Assembly: GCA_963826165.1 (NCBI GenBank)
Contig: CAWGWC010000017.1
Coordinates: 121,233-185,232 of the forward strand
DNA length: 64,000 nucleotides
Reading direction: 5' to 3'
DNA from: an uncultured Thermoleophilaceae bacterium
Lineage (GTDB): Bacteria > Actinomycetota > Thermoleophilia > Solirubrobacterales > Thermoleophilaceae
Notes under the pieces: generated by a model
The model's database searches: none
Seen by the model: only the letters and a program-made list of their open reading frames with translations
What the model was told of the DNA's origin: nothing
Shown here: in pieces, positions 1 to 7,808 of the stretch
Position numbering within the stretch: position 1 is the stretch's first letter
How the letters are laid out: every line of letters begins with the position of its first letter
Position numbers and translations under genes: made by a program

Positions 1-93
1 CCGCTCCTCACGGATCACCCAGGCGGCCATGGTCTCCGGCAACTCGCCGGGCTCGACGTCCAGCTCTGACAGCTTGCTCACATCGACGGCCAT
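1..93 (-). CDS. First 31 codons of a gene running off the left edge; N-terminus resembles crotonyl-CoA carboxylase/reductase-type MDR enzymes
   Basis: ATG at 93-91 followed by MAVDVSKLSELDVEPGELPETMAAWVIREER with mostly G/C third positions. Too short for the ORF track. The family hint comes only from remembered Ccr N-termini. Confidence 0.35.
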   Translation of the reverse strand, partial: MAVDVSKLSELDVEPGELPETMAAWVIREER

Positions 94-190
94 TGGTTTC
101 GGTCTCAGTCCTTTGTCGGTCTCGGAGGGGGCGAGAGGTTACCGGCGGCGCCCTTAGCGCTGTGTGGCGGAGGGGGTCCCGGAAGAAACG

Positions 191-1090
191 ATGAAATGCG
201 ACACGCATCGTCAGGGACCCCCTTTCGATGTGGCCCTGAGCGGGCTGGCAGACCGCCAGCACGGGGTCGTTTCGCTTTCCCAGCTGCAGTTCCTGGGGCT
301 CAGCGCGGCTGGCGTGCGAAGCCGGGTTCGCAGCGGCCGCCTGCACCGCAAGCACCGCGGCGTCTACGCCGTGGGCCGCGCCCGGCTCACTCGCGAGGGC
401 AACTGGATGGCCGCCGTGCTGGCCTACGGCCCGCGGGCGGTGCTGTCTCACCGCTCAGCCGCGGCCCTCTGGGGCCTGCGGCCGGACAACCGCGCGACCA
501 TCGACATCACCGTGCCGGCGACCTCGGCCAGGTCGCGCCCGGGCATCACCGCCCACGCCAGCATCACCCTCAGCCCCGCCGACGTCACCATCCGCGACGG
601 CATCCCCTGCACCACTGTCGCTCGCACCCTGCTCGACCTCGCCGACGAGGTTGACCGCCGCGCGCTCGAGCGCGCGGTCGAGCAGTCAGAGATTCTGCAG
701 CTGTTCGACCTGAGGGCCGTCCACGCGGTCCTCGACGCCGCCAACGGCCGCCGCGGCGCAGGGGCGCTGCGCGAGGTGCTCGCGATCCTGGAGCCCGTCA
801 CCGGCCTTCCGGAGAGCGCGAACGAGGAGCGCTTCCTGGCGCTGTGCCGCGCGGCCGGCCTCCCGCGCCCCGAGGCAGGGGTATGGCTGACGTTGCCACG
901 AGGTGACCGCATTCGATTCGACTTCTTCTGGCGCAGCGCGGGCGTGGCCATCGAGTGCGACAGCTGGGAGTTCCACGGCACCCGCCAGGCCTTCGAGCGA
1001 GATCGCGCCCGTGACGCCGACGCAGCCGCGCTGGGGATCCAGACGATTCGCTTCACCTGGCGGCACCTGACCCACGAGCCCGAACGGTGA
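191..1090 (+). CDS. DUF559 (Vsr-like endonuclease fold) protein with AbiEi-type N-terminal wHTH domain
   Basis: ORF 164..1090. ATG at 191 lies 6 nt after GGAAG. N-terminus GVVSLSQLQFLGLS..RSGRL..HRGVYAV, C-terminus DFFWRSAGVAIECDSWEFHG..RD..RD..L..G..IRFTW, typical of the multi-copy actinobacterial DUF559 family. Confidence 0.8.
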   Translation: MKCDTHRQGPPFDVALSGLADRQHGVVSLSQLQFLGLSAAGVRSRVRSGRLHRKHRGVYAVGRARLTREGNWMAAVLAYGPRAVLSHRSAAALWGLRPDNRATIDITVPATSARSRPGITAHASITLSPADVTIRDGIPCTTVARTLLDLADEVDRRALERAVEQSEILQLFDLRAVHAVLDAANGRRGAGALREVLAILEPVTGLPESANEERFLALCRAAGLPRPEAGVWLTLPRGDRIRFDFFWRSAGVAIECDSWEFHGTRQAFERDRARDADAAALGIQTIRFTWRHLTHEPER

Positions 1091-1148
1091 TCCCCGTTGT
1101 TGCTGCCGTTCTGGCGAACCGTGGCGCGGCCCGGGCAGCCCGATCGCG

Positions 1149-2708
1149 CTAGCCCGCCACCGGCGCCTCGGCCGGAGGCGCCTCGGCCCGCCGCTCCGGC
1201 CCGGGCGCCGCTTCCCGCTTCGGCGCGATCGTCAACAGCGCGATCAGCGTGCCCGTCGCGGCGACTCCGGCGGCCAGCCACATGCCGTTGGACAGCGCGT
1301 GTATGAAGGCGTCGCGGGCCGCCTCGGCCGCTTCGGGTGGGAGGTTGCCCACCGCGCCGGAGCCGAGGTTCTCCACGATCCGCTCGCGCGTGGCCGCGCT
1401 CACGCCGGTGCCGGCCAGGTTGTTCGACAACTCGTTGCGGGCCAGGTGCTGGAAGAGCGCCCCGATGGCCGCGACGCCGAACGTGCCGCCCACCATGCGG
1501 CTCATGGAGAGGATGCCGGAGGCCACGCCGGCCTTGGAGGCGGTGACCGAGTTCATGGCGGCGGTCGACATCGGCGACATGACCAGCGCCAGGCCGATGC
1601 CCATCAGGATGAACGAGGGCAGCAGCAGCCCATATCCGGTGTCGACGTCGATGCGGGTCTGGAGCAGCAGCGAGATCGTGGTGAGGGCCAGGCCGGTGAC
1701 CATCAGCGGCCGGGGGCCGATGCGGTCGGACATGCGCCCGGCCAGAGGAGCGATCAGCACGATCATCAGCGTGGAGGGCAGGAAGCGCACGCCCGCCTCC
1801 ACGGCTGAGTAGCCCAGGATGTTCTGCATGTAGAGCGCGAGGAAGAAGAACATCGCCAGCATCGAGAAGGTCACGATGAAGGCGACCGCGTTCGCGCCGA
1901 GGAAGGTCTTCGAGCGAAAGAAGGTGAAGTCCACCATCGGCTCGCGCACCCGCGTCTCGATCACCGCGAAGGCCACCAGGCCCAGCACCGACAGCGCCAG
2001 CAGCGCAATGACCTCGGGGGAGCCCCAGCCCCACGCGTTGCCCTCTACCAGGGCGAGCACGAGCGCGGTCAGACCGCCGGACAGGGCCACGATCCCCGGG
2101 ATGTCCACGTGGTGGTCGGTGGTCTCGTCGCGGGACTCGCGGGTCGCGAACAGCGTGACCACGACCGCGCCCACCGCCACCGGCAGGTTGAGGAAGAAGA
2201 TCGCCCTCCAGGACACATACTCCGCCAGCGCTCCACCCACCACCGGGCCGATGGCCAGCGCCAGCGCGGAGACGCCGGCCCAGGTGCCGATCGCCTTGCC
2301 GCGCTCCTCGGGCGGGAAGGCGTTGGTGATGATCGACAGGGTGGCCGGCATCATGAAGGCCGCGCCCACGCCCTGCACCGCGCGGCCGGCCACGAGCAGT
2401 CCTTGGTCGGGCGCCAGGCCGATCGCCGCGCTCGACAGCGCGAACACCACCACGCCGAACAGGAACATCCGGCGCCGCCCGAAGATGTCGCCCAGCCGCC
2501 CGCCGGTCACGAGCAGGACCGCGAAGGTGAGCGTGTAGGCGTTGACCGTCCACTCGAGCCCCGAGAGGCTGGCGCCGAGGTCGTCCTGAATCGACGGCAG
2601 CGCCACGTTCACGACCGTGTTGTCCAGCATGATCATGAACAGGGCGAAGCACATGGCCGCGAGGGTCCACCAGCGGCGATTGCCGTCGTTGAGTCGAATA
2701 CGGGTCAT
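1149..2708 (-). CDS. MFS transporter, DHA2 (EmrB/QacA-like) drug:H+ antiporter family
   Basis: 519 aa with many TM helices. Motifs LDNTVVNVALPSI and GRLGDIFGRRRMF. The ATG overlaps the marR stop as ATGA (2705-2708). Confidence 0.9.
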   Translation of the reverse strand: MTRIRLNDGNRRWWTLAAMCFALFMIMLDNTVVNVALPSIQDDLGASLSGLEWTVNAYTLTFAVLLVTGGRLGDIFGRRRMFLFGVVVFALSSAAIGLAPDQGLLVAGRAVQGVGAAFMMPATLSIITNAFPPEERGKAIGTWAGVSALALAIGPVVGGALAEYVSWRAIFFLNLPVAVGAVVVTLFATRESRDETTDHHVDIPGIVALSGGLTALVLALVEGNAWGWGSPEVIALLALSVLGLVAFAVIETRVREPMVDFTFFRSKTFLGANAVAFIVTFSMLAMFFFLALYMQNILGYSAVEAGVRFLPSTLMIVLIAPLAGRMSDRIGPRPLMVTGLALTTISLLLQTRIDVDTGYGLLLPSFILMGIGLALVMSPMSTAAMNSVTASKAGVASGILSMSRMVGGTFGVAAIGALFQHLARNELSNNLAGTGVSAATRERIVENLGSGAVGNLPPEAAEAARDAFIHALSNGMWLAAGVAATGTLIALLTIAPKREAAPGPERRAEAPPAEAPVAG

Positions 2709-3166
2709 GGAGCGGTCCTTTGAAGTACGGGGGAGAGGGCGTCGGCGAGCGCCTGCTGCTCGGCGGGCTCGAGCTCTGCGACGAAGGTCCTGATGCCGGC
2801 CAGACGCAGTGCCAGCAGCCGCTCGGAGGTGGCGCGGCCGCGCGCCGTGACGGTCACGAGCTTGGAGCGGCGGTCGCGCGGGTCCTCCTCGCGCTTGACC
2901 TCATTGCGGCGAACGAGCGCGTCCACCGCGCGGCTGATCGCCGGAAGCGAGAGTCCGAGCGAGTCGGAGACGGCGCCTAGCGACAGCGGGGCATCCGCCT
3001 CGTAGAGCACCTGCAGGCACTTGACCTGGGTGATCGACAGACCCGCCTTCTCGATGGCGGCGAACAGGTCGCGGTGGGTGGAGGCCAGCAGCCGGTTGAC
3101 GAAGACGCCGAGGTCGCGTGACAGTGCCTCGGCCGTCTCGGTGGTGGCGACAACAGATGCTTGCAC
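2705..3166 (-). CDS. MarR-family transcriptional regulator
   Basis: C-terminal 153 aa of ORF 2705..3454 starting at GTG 3166. wHTH LSITQVKCLQVLYE..LSLPAISRAVDALVRRNEVKREEDPRDRRSKLVTVT. The region upstream of 3166 is Arg/Pro-rich non-coding-like sequence. Confidence 0.85.
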   Translation of the reverse strand: MQASVVATTETAEALSRDLGVFVNRLLASTHRDLFAAIEKAGLSITQVKCLQVLYEADAPLSLGAVSDSLGLSLPAISRAVDALVRRNEVKREEDPRDRRSKLVTVTARGRATSERLLALRLAGIRTFVAELEPAEQQALADALSPVLQRTAP

Positions 3167-3173
3167 GCAAGCA
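3158..3173. promoter_or_regulatory. Perfect 7-2-7 palindrome TGCTTGC-AC-GCAAGCA; candidate MarR operator
   Basis: Read directly from the sequence. Sits in the marR / GST-like divergent region and spans the marR GTG start. Confidence 0.5.
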
Positions 3174-3240
3174 AGTATCGCAGGTCGCGGGGAGACTCGA
3201 GGTCGAGTGGTTGCAGCGTCGGGTGCCGTACGATCGCGCC

Positions 3241-3987
3241 GTGCCCGCCACCCTGTTCGGCGTCCCGTCGTCTCATCCGGCCCTCGCCGCGGAGCTGATG
3301 CTGCAGCGCAAGGGCGTCGAGTACCGGCGCGTCGATCTCGTGGCCGGGGTGCACCGGGTCGTGCTGCGGGCGCTCGGGTTCCCGGGGGTGACCGTGCCCG
3401 CGCTGCGCATCCAGGGGGCCAGGATCCAGGGCACGCGGCGGATCGCGCTGGCACTGGACTCGCTGGTGCCCGAGCCGCCGTTGCTGCCGGCCGACCGGGA
3501 GCACCGCGCCGCGGTCGAGGCCGCGGAGAGCTGGGGCGACGAGGTGCTCCAGCCGGTCCCCCGCCGCATCGTCTGGGCAGCGCTCAAGCGCGACCGCTCG
3601 ACGCTCGCCACCTACCTCGAGGGCGCGCATCTCGGGATCCCGGTCTCGCTGGCCGCCACCACCGCGCCGCCCATCGTTCACCTGGCGGCCCGCCTAAACC
3701 ACGCCACCGACGAGGCCGTCCGGGGCGACCTGGCGGCGTTGCCCGGGCTGATCGACCACGTCGACCGCCTGATCGACGAGGGCGTGATCGGCGGCGCCGA
3801 GCCGAACGTGGCCGATTTTCAGATCGCCACGAGCGTCAGCCTGCTGCTGACCATGGGCGACACCCGACCGTACGTGGAGGGTCGCCCCGCCGGGCGCCTC
3901 GCGCTCGACCTGGTCCCGGCTCAGGTGGGCCGGCTCCCGCGCGCCCTCCCCGCGGCCTGGCTGCCACCGGCGCCCGCCGCAGCCTGA
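3241..3987 (+). CDS. Glutathione S-transferase-like protein (thioredoxin-fold N-domain)
   Basis: In-frame GTG 3241 within ORF 3118..3987. LFGVPSSHPALAAELMLQRKGVEYRRVDL..VPAL then a helical C-domain. Confidence 0.7.
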   Translation: MPATLFGVPSSHPALAAELMLQRKGVEYRRVDLVAGVHRVVLRALGFPGVTVPALRIQGARIQGTRRIALALDSLVPEPPLLPADREHRAAVEAAESWGDEVLQPVPRRIVWAALKRDRSTLATYLEGAHLGIPVSLAATTAPPIVHLAARLNHATDEAVRGDLAALPGLIDHVDRLIDEGVIGGAEPNVADFQIATSVSLLLTMGDTRPYVEGRPAGRLALDLVPAQVGRLPRALPAAWLPPAPAAA

Positions 3988-4047
3988 CTACGGCACGTTT
4001 CCGCCCGTTCCGTCAGGTCTCACCCCTACGGTGCGACTCAGACATTC

Positions 4048-5421
4048 ATGGAAGCGGCAACTCCTCTAAGGCAGCCCAACGTCCGGGTCGTGGGCGAACG
4101 CGTGGTCGTGGACGGCCTCGTGGTGGACGACGATTGCGCCGTTCGGCTTGTCACCGAGCGCGAGCAGACCGGGGAGGACCCCGCCAAGGTCGTGCGCGAC
4201 GCCGTCGAGATCGGTGCGCGGGTGCTCGACCGCGAGCAGGCCGCGGCCAACGCCGAGTTCGTGAGGACCGAGTTCGAGAAGAGCTCGCAGGGCGTCCAGC
4301 GGGAGTTCGCGGAACGCGCTCGCACGATCGCCGAATTCTTCGAGCAGCAGTTCGCCGACGTCTTCGGTGAGGACGACGGCCGGCTGGCCAAGGAGCTCGA
4401 GCGGCGCTTCGGCGACGGCAGCTCCGTCTCGGTCCAGAATCGGGTGCGTGAGGCGGTGGGCGAGACCCTGGCGCGGTCGCGCGAGGACCTGATCCGCCAG
4501 TTCTCCGCGGCCGACGATCGCAACCCGCTGGCGGACTTCAAGTCCGCGGCCGTGCGCTCGATCAACGAGGCGGCCCACCGCTCCGACGCCACTCAGCGGG
4601 CCCTGCTCCAGAAGCTGGGTGAGGTCCAGACGGAGCTTCAGGGGCTGCGAGACGAGAAGGCCAAGCTGGAGGAGGTCGAGGCCGAGCGCGAGCGAGGCAC
4701 CGCCAAGGGCCGCAGCTTCGAGCAGCAGGTGGCCGACACCCTCGATCGGATGGCCCTGGCCCAGGGCGACGTGGCGGAGGCCGTGGGCGACCAGCTCGAG
4801 GCCACCGGCAAGGTGGGAGACGTGGTCGTGGCCATCGATGGGTGCAACGGCCCGGCTCGCGGCCGGCTCGTGGTGGAGGCCAAGGACCGCAAGCTGTCGC
4901 GGCAGTCCGCGATGGCGGAGCTCGACAAGGCGATGGCCGAGCGCAGCGCCGACTTCGCCGTGCTCGTGGTCCCCACGGGCGAGGAGCTCCCGGCCAAGCT
5001 CGAGCCGCTGCGCGAGTACAACGGCGACAAGCTGGTGGTGGCGCTCGACCCGGAGACCGGCTCCCTGCCGCTCGAGCTGGGCTACCGCCTGGCCCGGGCG
5101 CGCGTGCTGATGAAGCGCGCCGACGCCGACGGGATCGACGCCGGCGCACTGCGCGACACGATCGAGCGGGCCCTGGCCGCGCTGGCGGAGGAGCGCAAGG
5201 TCAAGCTTCAGCTCACCGGGGCCAAGACGAGCATCGACAAGGCCTACGACATCGTCGAATCGATGGGCGCCCGCGTGCGCGGGCACCTGCAGGAGCTCGA
5301 CCTGTTGGTGCGTCCGGCGGAGGAGGGCGCCGTCGCGCCCGATCCGCCCGCCGTCGCGCCCGATCCGCCCCCCGCCGAGCCCGACCCGCCCCCCGCTGAG
5401 GCCGACCAGCTCGCTCTCTGA
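4048..5421 (+). CDS. Hypothetical protein: long coiled-coil N-half plus restriction-endonuclease-like (PD-(D/E)xK) core; DUF2130/RmuC-like architecture
   Basis: 457 aa. Heptad-like charged helices (LQKLGEVQTELQGLRDEKAKLEEVEAERERG), then KGRSFEQQV..GDVVVAIDG..RLVVEAKDRKLS..ADFAVLVVP, and a Pro-rich repeat tail. Confidence 0.7.
   Translation: MEAATPLRQPNVRVVGERVVVDGLVVDDDCAVRLVTEREQTGEDPAKVVRDAVEIGARVLDREQAAANAEFVRTEFEKSSQGVQREFAERARTIAEFFEQQFADVFGEDDGRLAKELERRFGDGSSVSVQNRVREAVGETLARSREDLIRQFSAADDRNPLADFKSAAVRSINEAAHRSDATQRALLQKLGEVQTELQGLRDEKAKLEEVEAERERGTAKGRSFEQQVADTLDRMALAQGDVAEAVGDQLEATGKVGDVVVAIDGCNGPARGRLVVEAKDRKLSRQSAMAELDKAMAERSADFAVLVVPTGEELPAKLEPLREYNGDKLVVALDPETGSLPLELGYRLARARVLMKRADADGIDAGALRDTIERALAALAEERKVKLQLTGAKTSIDKAYDIVESMGARVRGHLQELDLLVRPAEEGAVAPDPPAVAPDPPPAEPDPPPAEADQLAL
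5329..5391 (+). repeat. In-frame 21-bp tandem repeat: two perfect copies of GCCGTCGCGCCCGATCCGCCC plus one degenerate copy
   Basis: 5329-5349 is identical to 5350-5370; 5371-5391 is diverged. Encodes AVAPDPP-AVAPDPP-PAEPDPP at the C-terminus of the 4048..5421 protein. Confidence 0.85.
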
Positions 5422-5871
5422 TCAGGGCAGGAGCAGGTCGTTGTTGGAGGCCGGCCGTTCCGGGCCGATCCGCAGCGTGGCGGGCTCGATCTCCTTCGCC
5501 ACCGCTCGCTCAGACCCGGCGCGCACCTCATAGCTTCCCGGGACCAGGGTGTTCTGCAGGGTGGTGGTGTCGCCCGGGCTGACGTTGCCCGAGCGGCGCG
5601 TGAGCGACTCGCCCTCGAGCGTGACCGTGTGCGTGTCCTCGGTCTGGTTGGAGATCGTGATGCGGATCGGGCCGGCGCCCAGGCGGCGCGGGGAGACGCT
5701 GACCCTGTCGGCCTGAATCACGCCCGTGAGCTCGACCCGAACCGGTGGGCTGGGATCGTTGGCGAAGTCCTCATCGCCACAGCCGGCTCCCGCGAACACG
5801 GCCAGCGCCGCGACCACGGCGGCCGCGGGAACTCCGCGGCCGCGTACTCGGCTCGAGCTCACGGCGGACAA
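5422..5871 (-). CDS. Secreted lipoprotein, function unknown (beta-rich)
   Basis: Signal peptide with lipobox AAVVAALAVFAGAG-C. The start is TTG 5871 or GTG 5862. Lies immediately downstream of the plsC-like gene. Confidence 0.7.
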   Translation of the reverse strand: MSAVSSSRVRGRGVPAAAVVAALAVFAGAGCGDEDFANDPSPPVRVELTGVIQADRVSVSPRRLGAGPIRITISNQTEDTHTVTLEGESLTRRSGNVSPGDTTTLQNTLVPGSYEVRAGSERAVAKEIEPATLRIGPERPASNNDLLLP

Positions 5872-5872
5872 C

Positions 5873-6841
5873 TTAGCCGAACCACACGGACCGGCGCGCG
5901 AGCACGAGGTCGTCGAGCTCCTCCTGGATGTGCAGCCGGATGCGCTCGGCCAGCCGCTGGACCAGGGCGACGTCGTCGGCGTCCTCGGGGCCGTAGCGCG
6001 AGAGGTCCACGGGCTCGAGGAAGCGGATCGTGAACTTGGCCGGCAGGTACATCAGAGCCGCCGCCAGCCCGAACTGGGGAAACGCATGATTGACGGGGAA
6101 GTAGATGAGCCCGGTCAGCCGCTGAAGCAGGGGCACGTGGGCGAAGATGGGCATGGCCTCCTCGGCGCCGATCACGGCCACGGGCACGATCGGCACCCCC
6201 GAGCGGATCGCGGTCCGCACGAACCCGCCACGTCCGAAGCGGCGCAGCCGGTAGCGCTGCCAGAACACCTTGCGGCTCCCCTTCTGTCCTTCGGGGAACA
6301 CGAGCGCGAGCCGCTCCTCGTCGCGCAGCAGCCGCTGGGCGTTGGCCGGGTGGGCGGCCACCAGCCCGATCTTGTTGGCCAGCATGCCCACGCCGGGATA
6401 GCCCCTGAACCAGTGCTCGCCCAGCATGTAGACCGGCCGGGGCTGTGGATGCTCGTGCCGGATCGCCTGCATGATCATCGGGGCGTCCGGCGGCAGCGCC
6501 CCGGAGTGATTGGACACGATCAGCGCGCCGCCCTCGGCGGGCACGTTCTCGATCCCCTCGACCGTGACCCTGAACCAGTGGCGGTAGTAGAAGTCGAGCA
6601 GCGGCTCCACGAGGTCGAACACACGCTGCGAGCGTCCCCAATCGTCCAGCTCGCGGCCCGGCTCCGCGGCCGGGACGAGGCCGCGCAGCTCGCGCAGGTC
6701 GTGGGTTTGCTCGACCGGCAGGTCGAGCTCACCGGACCGCGCATCCCAGTGCGGACTTCCGCCGAGCGGACCGCCGAACAGGGGGCTGTCGCCGGCCAGC
6801 CCGCGGCGACTCGACGGGGTGCGCCGGCGGGTGTCAGTCAC
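5873..6841 (-). CDS. Lysophospholipid/1-acylglycerol-3-phosphate acyltransferase family (PlsC/LPLAT) protein
   Basis: 322 aa. IVSNHSGALPPDAPM, VFPEGQKGS and PIVPVAVIGAEE blocks. The GTG start overlaps the ygfZ stop. Confidence 0.85.
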   Translation of the reverse strand: MTDTRRRTPSSRRGLAGDSPLFGGPLGGSPHWDARSGELDLPVEQTHDLRELRGLVPAAEPGRELDDWGRSQRVFDLVEPLLDFYYRHWFRVTVEGIENVPAEGGALIVSNHSGALPPDAPMIMQAIRHEHPQPRPVYMLGEHWFRGYPGVGMLANKIGLVAAHPANAQRLLRDEERLALVFPEGQKGSRKVFWQRYRLRRFGRGGFVRTAIRSGVPIVPVAVIGAEEAMPIFAHVPLLQRLTGLIYFPVNHAFPQFGLAAALMYLPAKFTIRFLEPVDLSRYGPEDADDVALVQRLAERIRLHIQEELDDLVLARRSVWFG

Positions 6842-7760
6842 GGGTGAACGGGAGCCCGACGACCTCGGCGTCGGCGCCGTTCACGGTGACCGTGCTGCCC
6901 GGCTCGGCCTCGCGCCGCACCAGCGCAAGTGCGATCGGGCCGAAGCGAGGCGACACGGTGGTGGAGGCCACGCGTCCGACCACCCGCTCGCCGAGCAGGA
7001 TGTCGCTGCCCCGCTCACCCGGCTCGGACAGCCTGAGCCCGCGCAGGTGGCGGTTGGGCTTGCCGCGGTAGTGCAGGCGGGCGACCGTCTCCTGACCGAC
7101 GTAGCACCCCTTGGTGAAGCTCACCGCCCGGTGGTTGATGCCCGCCTCCTGGGGCATGGTCTCGGCATCCATGTCGTAGCCGAGGCGCGGGCGCCCGGAT
7201 TCGATGCGAACGCATTCGGCAGCCTCCTCGGAGACCGCCTCCACGCCGAGCCGGTCACGCCACTCGCCCGCCTGTGAGGCGGCGCAGAGGAGATCGAGGC
7301 CCAGGTCGGTGCGGGCCCACAGGCCCTCGCCGGAGTCGACCACGGAGTGCTCGACGGCGCCCGGCGCGGGCTCCACCAGCGCGTCGGCCCCGGGGCCCAC
7401 CAGCGACAGGATCGAATGGTCGGCGCTGAGGTCCTCCCACTGGACGTCGCGGCCCAGCGAGTAGGTCTGGAGCATGTGGCGCACGACGGCGTGGCCGATG
7501 GCCTCGGTGTCGAGCCAGAAGAAGTCGCCGCCGGGCGAGCGCAGGATGCGCAGGTCGGTGCGCAGCTTGCCCTTGGCGGTCAGGATCGTGGCGTAACAGC
7601 CGCCTCCCGGTTCGAGCGCCTCCACGTCGTTCGACACCTGGCCCTGGAGGAAATCGGCGGCGTCGCCGCCTCGCGCGACGAACTTGGCCCGGTCGGAGCG
7701 GTCGACGAGACCCACGGCCTCCGTGACGAGCTCGTAGTCACTTGTGGCGATCACAGCCAC
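6834..7760 (-). CDS. ygfZ: YgfZ/GcvT-family folate-binding protein
   Basis: 308 aa. FLQGQVSNDV, ATILTAKGKLRTDL, C-terminal KGCYVGQETVARLHYRGKPNRHL signature. Confidence 0.85.
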   Translation of the reverse strand: MAVIATSDYELVTEAVGLVDRSDRAKFVARGGDAADFLQGQVSNDVEALEPGGGCYATILTAKGKLRTDLRILRSPGGDFFWLDTEAIGHAVVRHMLQTYSLGRDVQWEDLSADHSILSLVGPGADALVEPAPGAVEHSVVDSGEGLWARTDLGLDLLCAASQAGEWRDRLGVEAVSEEAAECVRIESGRPRLGYDMDAETMPQEAGINHRAVSFTKGCYVGQETVARLHYRGKPNRHLRGLRLSEPGERGSDILLGERVVGRVASTTVSPRFGPIALALVRREAEPGSTVTVNGADAEVVGLPFTRD

Positions 7761-7768
7761 AGTGTACT

Positions 7769-7784
7769 TTTAGCCAAGCCTAAA
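7769..7784. promoter_or_regulatory. Inverted repeat TTTAG-N6-CTAAA in an AT-rich 48-bp divergent spacer; candidate DtxR-family operator, with a TATATT -10-like box at 7794-7799
   Basis: Read directly. Half-sites TTAGCC/GCCTAA recall iron-box halves. The -10-like hexamer ends 9 nt before ATG 7809 and there is no SD. Confidence 0.4.
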
Positions 7785-7808
7785 TCACAGTCGTATATTG
7801 GGCAAAGC

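Noticed and set aside
164-1090. AbiEi-domain/DUF559 protein as an abortive-infection or TA defence module
   Set aside because: No AbiEii nucleotidyltransferase partner is adjacent. This fusion is a widespread multi-copy actinobacterial family of unclear role, so I do not call a defence system.
448-2670. 740-aa ORF on the same (minus) strand as the DHA2 gene, in a different frame
   Set aside because: Arg/Gly/Ala/Pro-rich low-complexity translation with no motifs. It overlaps a convincing MFS frame and is a typical high-GC shadow ORF.
3021-4370. 449-aa plus-strand ORF spanning the GST-like gene and the start of the nuclease-like gene
   Set aside because: Extremely Arg/Gly/Pro/Ala-rich. It overlaps two better frames.
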